In this document: piece after piece, positions 50,420 through 64,000 of the stretch
How the letters are laid out: each line of letters opens with the position of its first letter
How positions within the stretch are numbered: the stretch's first letter is position 1
Assembly (NCBI RefSeq): GCF_963676685.1
Contig: NC_092349.1
Span: 79,236,001-79,300,000 of the forward strand
Source of the DNA: Mytilus edulis
Taxonomy: Eukaryota
Length of the DNA stretch: 64,000 bases
Reading direction: 5' to 3'
Made by a program: the position numbers and the translations under genes
The notes under the pieces: model-generated
The model's input: the letters and a program-made list of their open reading frames with translations, nothing else
What the model was told of the DNA's origin: nothing
Databases searched by the model: none

Positions 50420-53400
50420 ATGGTTAAACATCGTTGTTCATTCAGTTTGTTACTTTTATTAATTGTTAGCGATTTGACATCTGGACTAAGTATTACAGAT
50501 GACCATACATGCTCTAAATATATACGGTCAGTACTTACATCAGTAAATGCTACTTAGATCTCATATTAATAATGACATTTGTTCTCTATTGCATATATAT
50601 TGACCAATTTTAGACAGCTTTTTATTGTTTATTGATGAATGTATGATACGTTTCATGTTTTCGAACGAAGCATCTACAGTTGCCTTTGAATTTGCATTCA
50701 CCGTTTTACGTTCATGATATAGATAAGCATATGTACTGACGGAATTAAAAAGAGGAACTCTAAATCAGCCCGCCTACATACAATTTAACTATTCATTTCT
50801 TGGAGTAACGTAATTATTCATCTTTTCCATTTCATGACCATGAAACTGTTGTTATGTGCACAGTATGATAGATTTGTAAAGAACATTTAAATCTTAATTG
50901 AGAAATCCTAACATTTGGTTGTTAATAAAAAGAATAAGGTAGCCTTTTTGTGCTTCTTTGTTCCATTTTTTTTAATAGTAATTGAGATGATAACATGATG
51001 TTGGCTGCAGTATTCTTTTATTTACTTATTGTGTCTGGTTTGTTCTTGTGTTCACATATCTTTGTCAATATAATGGACTTTGATGCGACTGAATTGTCAT
51101 ACAAGCTAGATGTTTAGCTAGTTATCAAACCAGGTTCAATCTACTATTTTCTACATAAGAAAATGCGTGAACCAAGTCAGGCAGTTCAGTAAATTTATTG
51201 TTTTACGTTATATAAAAAAACAAATTATTGAAAAATCATTAGTTCTTTTAGCACCTTACATATTTGAAGTTTGTAGAATAAATGTTGAAAAGCAGCTAAA
51301 CTAATTTGTTCATTTTTTGAACCGACAATTTAAAGCAATCATTGGTTACAATTGTTTGTTTGTATAAAACAAATATATTTTAACACCCCAGTTAAAACCT
51401 CTATTCAACATAACTTAGCCTAACGTTGTAAGACACATTCTCTAGTACGAACTCTGGGTTTATATACATTTCCTTTACTTACTCTATGGTCAAGGATATT
51501 TCTGCTAGTGTGTGTCAAAGATTGTTATAGGCTATGATTGTTCTTCTGGTATCTTTCGCTCCTATTCTATAGACAATGTCTTTGTATCATAACTACTTAA
51601 AAAAAAATATTTGTATTGCTTCGTGTACGGTAGATACATTTTATATATTGTGCCCCTTTCCCTTTTTGTTTTGTTATAAAGGAGTAGTAAGGGCGTATCA
51701 TATTTTTGTCGTGCTCATCACATATAAATTCTAATCATAATCTTGAGTAATAGTTTGTGTCTTCGAAAATATATTAGCGTATGGGCGTTGCATCTGAGTC
51801 TTATCCCGTGTTTTAATTGAGTTTATGTTGCCCAATATTTAGTTCAGTATGAGGCTTCTGTTGACTGTTGTTTGTCTGATTAACTCATCATTTATACCAG
51901 GATTGTAATTTGGTATTGCACCAGACACTCGTTTCATCTACAAAAACTCATCAGTGTCGTTTGAATATAAAAAAAAAGTTTAATAGGGAAAACAATTAAT
52001 TAAAAAAAGCATTGAAGACCACTAATTCCTAAACGTTGATGTTTTTGTTTTATTTTCTATTTGTATTTGCATCCTAGGTTTCTTTTATGAATTAAAGTAT
52101 ATATTTCATTTTCATGGATTAGTTGCTTTAGTCTTACTACTGAATTGTCATATAGCTCATCAACGGTTTCGGTACTTATACATCCTCGGATTTCAAATGT
52201 TTGGCTTTGAGTGTTCCTGATGAAGGTAAATCCAGAAAAGCGCTACGAACGCATTGATATAATTAAACGTTTTGTTTTCAATTTTTTACCGATAACAATC
52301 TATTTCGCCAATACATTTATACCATTATATAAATATTTAATTAGTTCTTCTCAAGTAATTTGGAGTGAATATAATTTAATAATTTTATCCTTCATACCTA
52401 TGATTTAGGGAAATAAGACATATAAAAAGAGGAGTTACCAAATTGGTGTAAAATATTTCATTTATTTATTCAAAATGTTGCAAATGTTTTTTTCTATTGA
52501 TATGATTTGCCTTCGATAAATGCTATTGACTCTGTAAGTCTTTGAATGTGAAAAAAGGATGAACGTCGCTATGAAGGGATCAAATTAAATAAAGGCAACA
52601 GTAGTATACCGCTGTTAGAAATTCATCAATCGATTGAGAAAAACACAAATCCGGGTTTCAAACTAGAACTGATGGAAACACATCAAATATAAGAGACACA
52701 ACAGAAACACAACATTAAAATTTAACACACACAGAAACGAACTAAAATATAACAATGGCCTTTTTCCTGACTTGGTACAGGATATTTTAATGACAAAAAT
52801 GGTGTGGGCATACCAAACCTTCCGCTTTTATGGCAATGTTAAATATAACATTAAATGACATCATTATATGATAGGACTACAATACGAATGAATGGGAGAA
52901 CATATAGGACAGAGAAGCACACGAATCATAGTAAACAAAAGCTAACAGGTTTAAAATTTTATACGCCAAACTCGCGCTTCGTCCACTCAAGACCAACAAG
53001 GCCAGTGAGACTCCGATGTTAAAGTTTGAATGCCAAAATTACCGATTTTAATAAAAATTTTGAGCTGAAAAAAAATTAACAAAAGAGCATTATTCAAAAC
53101 AGTTCATTTAGGGAGATTTGTTGTTTTGTTTTATGAACCTATAGATTTAATAAAACATTTTATTATGTTGTTTAACATTAATAAAACACTTAGTTTCAGA
53201 TAAGGGTGAGGGTTGTTAACATAAAAACGTTTAAACCTGCTGCAATTGTTTGCAACTGTCATAAGCCTGGAATCTGATGTTCAGAACTTGTCGTTTGATT
53301 ATGTGGTTCTCGTTTTTTGTTTCTTTTATAAAGATTAGATCGTTGATTTTCCCGTTTGAATGATTTTACACTAGATATTTTTGAGCCCTTTCTAGCTTGT

Positions 53401-56400
53401 TGTTCGGTGTGAGCCAAGGCTCTGTGTTGGAGGCTGTATTTTGACAATTAATGGTATAATTTAATAAAGTGTGGCTTCAACGGAGAAAAGTCTTATTAGC
53501 ACTCATACAACATCTGCTTATATCTATCTATATCTGATATTGAAATATTCGGTAATGTATGAACTAAATCTAATTGTGTGCTAAAAGTACACATTAAGTT
53601 ATCTTTTCGTAACCAAAAGCTACGGGTTTAAATTTCAAATAAAAAAATCTGAACAAAAATCTTTGACCGCAAAAAAACACATGCAATAAAAAGGAATAGC
53701 CATTAGCAAAGCCACGTATGTAAGAATAAAGATGCAACTAGAGAAGAAATAAAAAAGTGTCATATGTTTTAGTAATTCAGAAGACATGGTGTAATGCATA
53801 TTATTATATGACTAAAACTTATCTGTTTTCTCATTGGCAAAAGGCATAGGAAATCCTCATGATCAAACGTATTTTACGCGCAAGAAATTCGAGAGGTCAA
53901 AATAAGAGTTTGAACAGCGTCCGTGTACCTAAATATATATATATCAGAGCAGTCAATGAAGTATGTTCAGGACGTCCAGTAAAGTCCCGTTATTTTTCTT
54001 TTTCTACCTGTTTTTGATGTATATTATCGCTTTCCTTCTTTTTTTGTGTATTTGTTTTTAGTTTACTTTATTTAATACATTAACTTAGCTACTGAAATAT
54101 GCTATAGTTAATTTAAAAATAGGGTGCAGTTTTAGAAGTATATTAAGCACATACTGGAAAATTGGATAAAGATCAAAAGTCATTCAATAAAATCAATAAA
54201 AGTAATTGTTAACTTTCGATTTCAGTTGATACAATGATTTATCAACGCCAGAGATATGACATTCACACTCGGTCGTTGGCCTCGGTGAATACATCATATA
54301 CCAGGTGTTGATAAATCATTGTATCAGCCTCATAAAAGTCAATAATTGTATATAAATATACGCTTATATTATTTGAGACTGTGCTTATTCATTTATCATT
54401 TTCAAAATTTTTACTTATTTGGATTTCAAATTGTAAAGAAAACAAATATATTTATATAAGTTTCTTAATTGTGTTCTCTTTAGCCGAAAGAAGCCAGATG
54501 GACAGTACTATAAACATATTGAAACGACATGTTGTCCTGATTTCATGGAAGTTGACAATCGGTGTTTAGGTAATTACTGGCCATTATTTAAATCATATAA
54601 GTTAGTGCTTACTTCGGAAACGTATTAGCACCACACATTTGTTTTTTTAGATATTTTGTCTTCTGGTGCGTTATTACATTTGAAGAAGAACCTTTTATAT
54701 AAAGTTCAATTTACAGAGTTTTTTATTTGTTGTCTACGTTACCATCATCTCAGTCTTGTAAGCATGTATCTACATAAGCTATTTAATTTATGTGGTATGT
54801 GTTTATTCATGATATTTGTTAGAGAATCTGATTGAGGTTTAAAAGAAAAATAGAAAATAAGAAGATGTGATATGATAGCCAATGAAACAACTCTCCACGA
54901 AAGACCAAAATGACACAGAAATTAACAAATATAATTCACCGAACGGTCTTCAACAATTAGCAAAACCCATACCGCTTAGTCAGCTATCAAAGGCCCGAAA
55001 TGACAATGTAAAACATTATAAACGGAAAAACTAACGGCCTTATTTATGTACAAAAAATAAACGAAAAACAAATATGTAACATATCAACAAACGATAACCA
55101 CTAAATTAGAGGTTCCTGACTTCGGACAGGCACATACATACATATGGCAGAAAAAAACGCGTTTTGTATTGAAAAAAGGAGTATGGTTGTATTTTATAAT
55201 TCTGAAAGAACATATCAAGAATACCAGAATATACATTGTAAAAGTTTATAAAAATGTCACTTTTGATGCTCGCTACCAAATTCTATATAAAATAAAATTC
55301 AGTAACAGTTCAAATACACATACAATACATGTCAGACATAAGAACCAGGAAATGAATATGTTATCACTGTGATTTCTGTCTTTATGTCACGAAATATTGA
55401 GAAAAAATGTTGTACAAAAAACGATTACTTCATAATAACAGCCATTTTGTTTTTTAAGTATTTGACCCAGTTTATAACAAAGTCGATTCTATTTTCAATT
55501 CAAGATATTCGTTTTCAGAGTGTCCTGCAGGCTACTATGGTCAGAATTGTAGTCATCCATGCCTTGACAATACATATGGGCAACTATGTAAATTGACGTG
55601 TAATTGTACAGTTGAAGAATTATGCAACCCTAAGGCTGGTTGTAAATGTAAAGCAGGTTTTACTGGACCGAAATGTGATAAGGGTAAGACAGGTATTATG
55701 GTATTAAGGAGTCTCCCATAAAAAAAGGAGAAAACAAATGAATAATGATTTGAAATTTGAATATATGTACTGAAATTTATTGCAATGTGTATACTAGTAC
55801 GGTAAATAAAAAAAAACACGTAAAATACAGATCCAACCTGCTATTGTGACATCCACTCAATTGTTGGTGAACATGAAACTAAAACTACTTTTATTTGTTT
55901 CAGGATAATGGATAGTCTATGTATAATGGAGCCTTATTTTACACTATATAAGTCAATTTGTAAACATATCTTCGTATGAGAAAGTTAATGCATAATATAT
56001 GTACATACTGGTGTAATCAAACATCCCTATAAGATAGGGATATAATGAATAACTGTAACATTCAGTACATTTTGTAACATAATATTAAAATTGTTTGGAA
56101 ATTTGTCACTATGCATAAAGAATTTCATCAAAAACTTCTAAAAAATGAATGGATATATAAGAAGCAATTACATTTGTTTTAAACGTAAGAAAATTAAATT
56201 TAGATACGACGTCAAATTTTTTTCAATCATTTCTAGAATGCAGTGCAGGATTCTATGGGCCTAGTTGTATATACGACTGTGAATGTTCAAAGACGTCCGT
56301 ATGCAACAAAAAAACTGGGGAGTGCACATGTGATAGAGGATGGATAGGAAATCATTGTGACAACAGTAAGTTACTAATATTCTATGTTTATAAAACAAAC

Positions 56401-59400
56401 TTATTATGAAATCAATTCGTAATGGAAGAAAACAGGAAACAGTAGAATAAGGCAACACTAGTAAAGAAAGGTTCAAATCGTACAATGTAATAACGAGGGA
56501 AACGAAATGTCGTACATAAAATCTAATGAATCGCATTAACTTCCGATACTGAACTATGTTTTCTAATTTAATGATGTATTAAGTCAATTATTCGGTAAAA
56601 CAAATAATTTGTACAAGCAAATTTAAGTCATATACAATATAAAACTGAAATAAATTAGCTTCAACATTACTTATCCTGAATACCTATGACATCAGCTTTA
56701 CTTGTGAAAAACAAAACGACCCCGGTGGTAATCTGAAAGCAATTTGAAATATAGATCAACATGTAGTTTGATTTTAATAAAAATCCAAATCAACAAACTT
56801 GATATTGAACAATTATTCTAAGATTTGAAGGTCATTTGTTGGTAATGTCTTTAACAATTTCCGACATTTGTCAGAGCGTTTCAATTTTTAGAATTAACTT
56901 TTACTATTTCCGGAATCAAACTTAAATCCTTACAAAAATATTAAGAAATGTAAACTTTGAAAAATAATGTCATCATGATGAACCGTATAGTAAAGATTTA
57001 AAAAAGTAGAGCAGATTACTAATTTCCATATGAATTTGGGCCGTTCGTATCAAATTTTAAACGAGACCAATTGCATGTTTTTGATATGAAAACAGCCAAC
57101 GCAAAAAAAAAAAGAACAAACAGTATTCAAATGTTTGAAGAATATACTGAAATGTCAATGTTGATGTTATTATTCAAGATGGATTTAATAGAGACTTTTA
57201 ATATACATGTAATGCGATGATATGTTTTGGTACTTAGTTTATATTTGAATGCATAATTACATGCGAATCTGATGCGACTGTCATGCAAGTGAGGTATTGA
57301 GAGCTATAAAACAAGGTGTTATCCACCATTTTCTACATTTTGAAAATGGCTTCACCAAGTCAGGAATATGATAGTTGTTGCCAATTAGGTAAATGCGTTT
57401 TATCATTTGAATTTGCCATTGATTACGGACGTTCCGTATTGAACTTTCCTCGGAGTTCAGTATTTTTGTTATTTTTCTTTTTTCTAATATTAAAAAGAAT
57501 ATTATAGTTCGAGTAGAAGAAAAATAAGCACAAAATGTTAAAGCATATTTTCGTATAGGATGCAGCATTTCAGGGAGGTCATTTTAGTGTCCAAAGTAGA
57601 GTCCTATACTAGACATCGCTTGTGAGATACGAAATCTAGAAGCGGATGAATAAAATATCTAAGTTGATTGAAGTTTGCAGTTGGTAGCATAATATTAATG
57701 AACCACTTTTGTTTATAGAATGTGCCTCTGGCTACTATGGTATTGAGTGTGCTAACCGATGCAGTTGTTCGGCCAATCATCAATGTCATCACATGACAGG
57801 AGATTGTCATTGTGAAACAGGGAAACAAGGATCGCACTGCAATGAAAGTGAGCATTGTTATTTATTATTTCAAAGTACATTGTCAATTGACCATTAGTCA
57901 GTGTGTCTAATTGTCACGGAAGTAATTGGTGCCTGGTACTAAAAATTAATTCTATATATAATGTTTGTTAAATTGTTGTTGGCAATTGAGAGAAATAATA
58001 ATTCAGATTTTTTTTTCTCACAGATATGAACTAATTATATAATGACGTAATGCAAAATAAAATACGAGCAGGAAGGAAGTAAGATTATTCTTCCCTTACG
58101 TACAGAACTATCTCAAATTAACCTCAACCTTTGAAAACTGTAGATATCATGTAACATTAAAATTTATGATAGCATTTGTTCCTGTTGTAGCATGTGACGC
58201 TGGTAAATATGGATTAAACTGCCTACAGTTATGTAGCTGTCAAGATTGCAATCCAGTAGACGGTGTCTGTCAACAAGTTGACAATGATGGTATTTTGTTT
58301 AAATTGTATACAATTTGTTTTTTAAGTAAATGTTGAATATTAAACAAAAAATTGAGAAAAGCATGTTACAGTACACATTGCAATAAGAACATGAAAACAT
58401 AAAAAATAACTGACGTCACTATCCCAAATGGAAAACCAGAAACGTGCTAATAAATATAAAAACAGGAAATAAGTGTATGAGGTATCAGTAAAGAACCAGG
58501 GTTAGCATTAAAATAGTTCTTTTGTTTTGTGCATATTATTATTTTTTTAAATATTAAGATCAAACTTCAAGGTTAATTAAAAAAAGAAAAAGTCCATAAA
58601 ACCTTATAACATCAAATGCTCGACAATATTAACCATCGGCATGAATATAAAGCTACCGTAAAATTCCAGACTGGGTACAGGCAATTTTCCCAAAATGAAA
58701 TGATGATGTTAACCTAGTTTTATTGGTAGACAATTATTTATAGTTCTGTGAGAATATAACACGCAGATGATTAAATCTAAACAACAATATGATCAACATC
58801 ATTGACTGATCAACAACCTTTGCACTGGTTATTGTCATCTTTACAGCTTATTTTACTCAATTAGTGGACTTTGGTCATGAATGTCACTGCGAACACTAAC
58901 TTCAGAATTCAATCATATTTTTGTCTTTCTTGTTGAACGGTTTTTGAAATTTCAAAATCAAATGTTCAGAAAAGTAGTATTGTATCATTTTAGGCATATC
59001 AGTAGGGATAATAGTTGGCACAGTGGTTGGAATTTTGGTTTTGGTAGTCAGTCTTATTATTATTATCATGTTGAAATGCCGAACAAATAGTAGTGACAGG
59101 CATCAACTTCAACAGAAGAAGAGGGGAGATTGTAGCAGTAACTACTATGAAGACATTGATGACTACGCTGAAATACCTGATTCAAAGCTACATCCGAATT
59201 ATCCTTACAGCTATGCCGATTCCAATGATGTTAAACCGCCAATCAAAGAGAGAATACCGACGACAAAGAGAAAAACCAATCAGTACTTGTCTCTTACTGA
59301 AGCACAGAGATTAAGTAAACTCTCAGCTACAAGTGGGGAACTAAAGAGTCATGGAGGTAGTACAGACTATTTGAATCCGTACACAGGATTACTCAAAGAT

Positions 59401-59817
59401 GCCAAATGTGCTAGCTACCAAGATATCAACAAAGAAAAACAAGAACGGAAATCAAGCAGTGAGAGCATTCAATCTCAATCTGGATATGTGAAAATTGCAT
59501 CAGGAACAACAGAGACAAAGGATGACAATAAAAGACAATGTAATGACTACACGGATGCACCACCTTCTACCAGATACAGCAATGGTAGTGATCTTGACAG
59601 ACTTACCACGGAATCAAGAATCGAAAAGGGAATCAGTATCCAGTCTGGTTTATACTTGAAAATGAATTCGACTCTAAAAAGGGAAGCTCAAACTGAAGCA
59701 GACAAGCGTACATTGAACATAGATGTCAAAGGCAGTCAGACGAATGGTTTTCTTCCAAAGATTACAGTAATCAGTCAAAGTGGTTCTACGGAGACTTTAA
59801 ACATCAAAAACCAATGA
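50420..59817 (+). CDS. Receptor B: tandem paralog of receptor A, 7 coding exons, 512 aa
   Basis: Exons: 50420-50526 (signal peptide MVKHRCSFSLLLLLIVSDLTSG), 54484-54569 (EMI-like CCPDF), EGF exons 55519-55683, 56237-56365, 57719-57847, 58191-58289, and 58994-59817 (TM and tail). GT-AG borders, open frame (1539 nt). The tail is clearly homologous to the receptor A tail. Confidence 0.9.
51918..51960 (-). ncRNA. Degenerate type I hammerhead (retrozyme relic)
   Basis: Minus strand reads acgaca-CTGATGA-gtttttgtagat-GAAA-cgagt-GTC-tggtgc. The core is intact but the stems are eroded. Confidence 0.6.
52211..52252 (+). ncRNA. Type I hammerhead with a mutated cleavage triplet
   Basis: gtgttc-CTGATGA-aggtaaatcca-GAAA-agcgct-AC-gaacgc. 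Position 16.1 is A rather than U. The upstream ggatttcaaat.tttggc is shared with the 350-nt retrozyme. Confidence 0.65.
52588..53040 (-). mobile_element. Probable retrozyme-family relic with a broken hammerhead at ~52963-53012
   Basis: Minus strand reads gtctca-CTGG..gtcttgagtggac-GAAG-cgcgagtttggcgtat, with the same architecture as the other HHR relics. The element boundaries are approximate. Confidence 0.45.
54227..54326. mobile_element. Hairpin MITE
   Basis: 20-bp perfect arms tgatacaatgatttatcaac / gttgataaatcattgtatca. Confidence 0.75.
54855..55150 (-). mobile_element. SINE-like repeat family 1 in receptor B intron 2
   Basis: Colinear with 27912-28200. Confidence 0.8.
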
Positions 59818-60489
59818 CAGAACTCAATTGCAATGAAATTGATTACAATTAATTTTCAGCTAATCAATGAGTTTTGCGACCGTTTTTTTGTAATTTTTTG
59901 TAAAATAAATGTATCATAATAATGTAAAAAAAAAATAAAGAACTCTTGACTATTAGAAATTGTAAATAAAACTGAAGTCTTGAATTTCTCACATAAAGTC
60001 TTTATTTTTATTTCTATTAACTGGAATAATAAGAGAGTTAAAATATAATACAAAGGTACAACACAGATATAAAAAGGAAGTCACACGATTGTTATATGTT
60101 CTGCGGAGAATCATAGTTGCCTGCTGTTGGTTACTGTTTAATCTTTTCGTTTTGCTATTTGATAACGGATTTTTCGTATTAATTTTCTATGATATTTTTG
60201 TATACAGATACAACCTATCAAAATCCTTAAGTTTCTTACTTGATCTGAATTTACACATGACCTTAAATCTTGCTATTAAATGGTCCTGCTTATTCAAAAA
60301 AATATTAAAGGAGAGAAACCACAAAAAAAAAGTTAAATAAAAACTCCAAACATGTCTAAATATGATTATCACAATAAAAAATGTTTGTTCGTGTTGTTCA
60401 ATCTTTAGTTTTGGGTAAAACATTTGTTTTTATTCTGATTTCGTTTATTCATGTTGATGTTGTTTATCCCAGGGACTTGAATAGTTGTG

Positions 60490-60855
60490 TACAATAGTTA
60501 TCAAAGGTACCAGGATTATAATTTTATACACTAGACACGCGTTTCGTCTACATAAATCATCTCAGTGACGCTCGGATCTAAAAAGTTATAAAGCCAAATA
60601 AGTACAAAGTTGAAGAGCATTGAAAGACCAACAATTTCAATAATGTTGTGCCAAATACGGCTAAGGTAATCTATTCCTGGGATAAGAAAATTCTTAGTTT
60701 TTGTGACAATCAAATATATGTCTTGATAGTTATCATAGGTACCAAGACTATGATTTAATTCACCATTGTACATATGACTCATCAGTGACTCTGAGATCAA
60801 ATTAGTTAAAGCAAAACAAATACAAAGTTGAAAAGTATTGAGGACCCAAAATATT
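60490..60855 (-). mobile_element. Degenerate ~232-bp tandem retrozyme-like repeat with hammerhead relics
   Basis: atagttatca.aggtacca occurs at 60494 and 60726. Minus-strand gcgtca-CTGAGATGA..gtagac-GAAA-cgcgt-GTC-tagtgt at 60527-60572, and a truncated CTGATGAGTC at ~60776-60785. Confidence 0.65.
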
Positions 60856-62495
60856 CCTAGTAGACGAACATCGACAAGAATAGAGGCAAATTAAACTAGT
60901 TGTTCGAGCAGTTCACCTCCCTTGTATTGAAACTGACAAGGACAAATCAAAGCAAATACTAATAATAGCTACAAGCATTTTATACCACCGAACTTTTTTT
61001 CTGCAGCTTTGTGTTCCAGCTCCAAATTGGTCTGTAATTCATTGTTTGCGGTTCGTTTCGGCCTGTTCTCGTTTATATCAATCTATTATTGCGTTAGTAT
61101 GAAGCAGTCCTTTTTTTTTACCCTTTAAAGTTAAATGACATAGGTGTTCCTCATTGTCGATAGCTTAACATGTACGACGACTTGTTATTTTGAACCGTCT
61201 TGACTGTATGCCTTTGATTGATAGTGGCCGGACTGTCTATTCTATCAGATCCTTATAAATTTTCTTCTTTTAATGGTTTCTTTGTAGGCACGTAAGTATG
61301 TTTTATACCACCTGTTAAGGTGGTGCCAAACACTTGAACAACACAAATTTGGGTCTTTTAACTTTCCTAAAATTTTGACAAAATATTTAATTGACCGTTT
61401 CACAAAAACTAAAAAAAAAATCATAAATTGAACCATGCCCTTAATATAAAAAGAATTGGATGTATAGAAATTCGATATACACTAATTTTCCTCATTCAGG
61501 ATCTTGATGTTTCCTAGAATGTGATTAAACGTTCAGCTGAAGTTTACTGAGTTATCACCCTGTATTTGTTCTGTACTAACTAAGCTATTGCCTTGAAGGC
61601 GAAACACAGCAAAACTTACTTCATAGAAACATACTTATGTGAATAAAAAGAAATGGGGTATTCGATCAAATTGAACAACATAAGTTACAAAAAGACATCT
61701 ACAATTTACAAATTCATTTAAACAGGTACACGTTTTCGATGAAAGTTTGTTGAAAAATCTGTTTTATCAGTTTCACTTTTGGCTTTTATCTTTCCCAATC
61801 GCATGACAAAGAACAACTTTTCCAGTTAGTTAAAGTAAAACGTGTCGCACAATATTTCGTAGTTCTTTAACTCAACGGCTCAATAGAGTTGACGTAAGAC
61901 AGACATTCACAACATTTTCCCTCAATTATTACGGTACCAAGGAATCAGCATTAAACCCCCTTAAAAGATGACATTCATTCGTTATATCAACCAATCAATC
62001 ATAGATATACGATAAAAGGCGGACAACCTGGTATGCATGGCATACTAAAAGGACAGTTTTGTCGTATCTTATCGTAAAACGTATTGAAGCTACTAGTATG
62101 CCCTTAGAATGTTTGAATGCAAATCAAGTTGTGATATATGTACCCTACTCATTGTTATGATTTAGGATGAAACACCGTGAATTTTCCTTGGAGAGAATAG
62201 TAATAGAAGGATTATGCTAGGCTTGAATGATCGATAATTTGACAGGAAAGTGTCCATCTAAAAAAGAGAAAAAACAATCAACGCAACTGTCCGATTCTAA
62301 ATTATGTGGATAAGAAACAATAAAATATCCAGATCTGTTTTCATTGGTACAACTACATGTAGAAGGACCATACAACAGAAATTTATTTTACGATTCCCCA
62401 CATATCGACACTGTATTGATACAATACATATACATAGACAAAGACAAATTAACATTAGTATAAACAATATTTAATTAATGGACTTTAACTTCATA

Positions 62496-62704
62496 CTGTG
62501 GATACATATATTTTCGTGGGTATCAATTTTCGTGGATGGCTGAAAACTTGCATATTCGTGGATATTCGATTTCGTGAGTTTGCCAATCTCTGTTTACAAA
62601 TTCTGTTTAAAATATGTTATTCGTTGAACATTTCATTTCGTGGTTCACCTGTAACCACGAAAACCACGAACATTGGTATCCAACGAATAATAATGAATCC
62701 ACAG
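62496..62704. mobile_element. Tc1/mariner-type MITE with TA TSD
   Basis: ta|ctgtggat ... atccacag|ta, with internal ttcgtgg / ccacgaa subrepeats. Confidence 0.75.
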
Positions 62705-64000
62705 TAAATTACAAAATTTCCCATCGATTCAGGAAATACAGAAGTGTACATATTTATTGTAGTCGTGTTGTCTGTCCCCACATCAAATATTTAATATGTT
62801 TGTTTTAATTGTCGCCATACAACTTTCATGATGTGAAAATTCGACCACGACATATTTTTCAAGTACCTTAAAGTTTCTTTTTCCGACGTAGTCGGTATAT
62901 TTCGGTTAATTTGTGCACTTTGAACTTAAGGACGCTTAACTATGGCAACATAATACGCATGCTCGAACATCCTTTCTAATGATTGGACAAAATGCTGTCA
63001 TGGTGGTCGATTTGGTTGTGTTTAAAAAAACGTCTCGTTAATTATATCGTGATGGAAAGCAAGTGAAAAACTATAAATATTTGAACTAGATCTTACAAAG
63101 ATTTATATTTTTATTAAAATAATTGTTTTTCCAATAGCTCTTTGCGTCCGTGACAGCTGTTTATTCGGGACAATTATATGATTTTTAATGTTAACTTTGT
63201 TGTACGAACGTACATGAAATTTAGAACGCACCTACGCATGTGAGATTTCCGCGGGGTTTTGGTGAATGTAAACAGAAAGATACGAGGACCGAGAATACTG
63301 AACACAAACAGAGATTAAATGGTATCTTTGTGCTTCTGAAGGTTATCGAAATGATTGTTTTAAACATATACTCAAATTTTCATACGTCGGATATATTATT
63401 TAAAGATAGTTCTTGTTTGTAATTGTTTGAAATAAGATTCAGTTTTTTTTTATACTTGTGATAATGAAAATGTAAATCACATTTTTTATAAATATTTATA
63501 TAAAATTTTTGAGGATTTCGTTTTAATGGTCCGTTAGGGTAATGACCTTATCAATTGGAGTTCTATTCTTATTTTCCTGCTACCAACATAAATGATTTTA
63601 AGACATTTAAAATATCTTTGAATAATAGGATACACGATTTTAATTAACCCTCTAAAATGAAATAATAAAAAAAACTAAAAAAAATCTTAAATGAATACTA
63701 ATATTGTTATTTTTTAATGTTTATGGAACAGACACACTACACTCATCGTCATTTTAAAAGACACATATATAAGTCACTGTTTTATTTTGCTCTTTCAAAG
63801 TCAATATCAAACATAACCTCTGAATATTCTAACCAATTATTTGGCCTTCCTTCAAAGTACAAAGTGATGTTGTCAATTTACATTCAGACATTCAAATTCA
63901 ATTCATTACAAATGAGACATATAACATTAATAACAATGTGTACTTGAGAAAACGGAAACAATTGAATTAAATTGTCCAATATTCAATTGATACACTTAAA

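Noticed and set aside
62930-63422. Start of another gene (X-box-like aactatggcaac, ATTGG, 60-aa ORF)
   Set aside because: The motifs are promoter-like, but there is no convincing ATG exon or homology within the window.

Overview
AT-rich, intron-containing animal DNA. The repeat families and ribozyme-bearing repeats suggest a mytilid bivalve (Mytilus-like); this is an inference. Genes assembled by hand from GT-AG exons: (1) a complete 4-exon CENP-V/GFA-family gene (524-3611, +, 134 aa); (2) an uncharacterised gene on the - strand (CDS about 4636-5193); (3) two tandem paralogous MEGF10/Draper/SCARF-like multi-EGF type I receptors, A (24517-41101, 11 coding exons, 682 aa) and B (50420-59817, 7 coding exons, 512 aa, with a second alternative signal-peptide exon at 48652). 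Both receptor tails carry a conserved ITAM. The non-coding space is dense in mobile elements: a Penelope-like RT relic, an Academ-like relic, a 3-kb TGT..ACA foldback element with 6-bp TSD, hAT-, Kolobok- and Tc1-like elements, and SINE-like repeats. The most striking content is several hammerhead-ribozyme (HHR) repeat families. One is an apparently intact 350-nt retrozyme dimer lying sense inside a receptor intron (32851-33522). Another is a 451-nt tandem unit that places a minimal HHR directly in front of a tRNA-derived Pol III head (14786-16092), which I consider the best candidate for an undescribed system. All structures were read by eye; no folding or database searches were run.
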